A program made the translations under genes and the position numbers. 64,000 bases of DNA, taken from NCBI RefSeq assembly GCF_006345805.1, contig NC_042999.1:151404001-151468000 (forward strand), given 5' to 3'. The notes under the pieces are model-generated. The model was not told the origin of the DNA. It saw nothing but the letters and a program-made list of their open reading frames with translations, and did not search any database. This stretch comes from Octopus sinensis (lineage: Eukaryota). Within the stretch, counting starts at the first letter, position 1. Every line of letters starts with the position of its first letter. Positions 63,746 to 64,000 of the stretch are shown piece by piece.

Positions 63746-64000
63746 TAATTAATCAATATAGGGTGGCAAAAAAAAATTTTGTAGAATTTTTTTGCCACCA
63801 GCGGCCTAGTGGGAAAAAATTAAATAGTCATAGACCATTTTTAAGTTCAACATCACAATCAAGGAACGGCTATAATAGGCCATTCACCCACTAGAAATAA
63901 CAGCCAAAAGCTTTAACCGCAAAATAACATCAATTCCGTAAACCAGGAGAAAATTAAAAAACATTTACCCTGTAATTTCTTATACGATGCACCGTTTCAT

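Overview
AT-rich, repeat-dense eukaryotic DNA. The repeat repertoire suggests an octopus or other coleoid cephalopod (inference). The only host gene is the 3' part of ELP1 (IKBKAP, Elongator subunit 1) on the + strand: 19 GT-AG exons from 2257 to the stop at 44948-44950. They splice into one open frame (2261 nt, about 752 aa) with AATAAA at 44969. Introns and the 3' flank contain about 40-45 copies (manual count) of the 3' end of an RTE LINE, whose UTR carries arrays of hairpin units. Also present are several tRNA-headed SINE families, two CR1-type LINE fragments, MITEs (Tc1/mariner-, piggyBac- and 9-bp-TSD types), two non-autonomous Helitrons and a 46-bp satellite just upstream of exon 14. 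The most interesting part is 46.7-60 kb: a 2.15-kb inverted duplication abutting a Penelope-like GIY-YIG fragment, with at least three different minimal hammerhead-ribozyme families. One family lies in a ~420-nt unit present three times, once circularly permuted (retrozyme-like). A fourth hammerhead family is built into a tRNA-headed SINE. All homology calls come from reading translations and from recalled family motifs; no searches were run.
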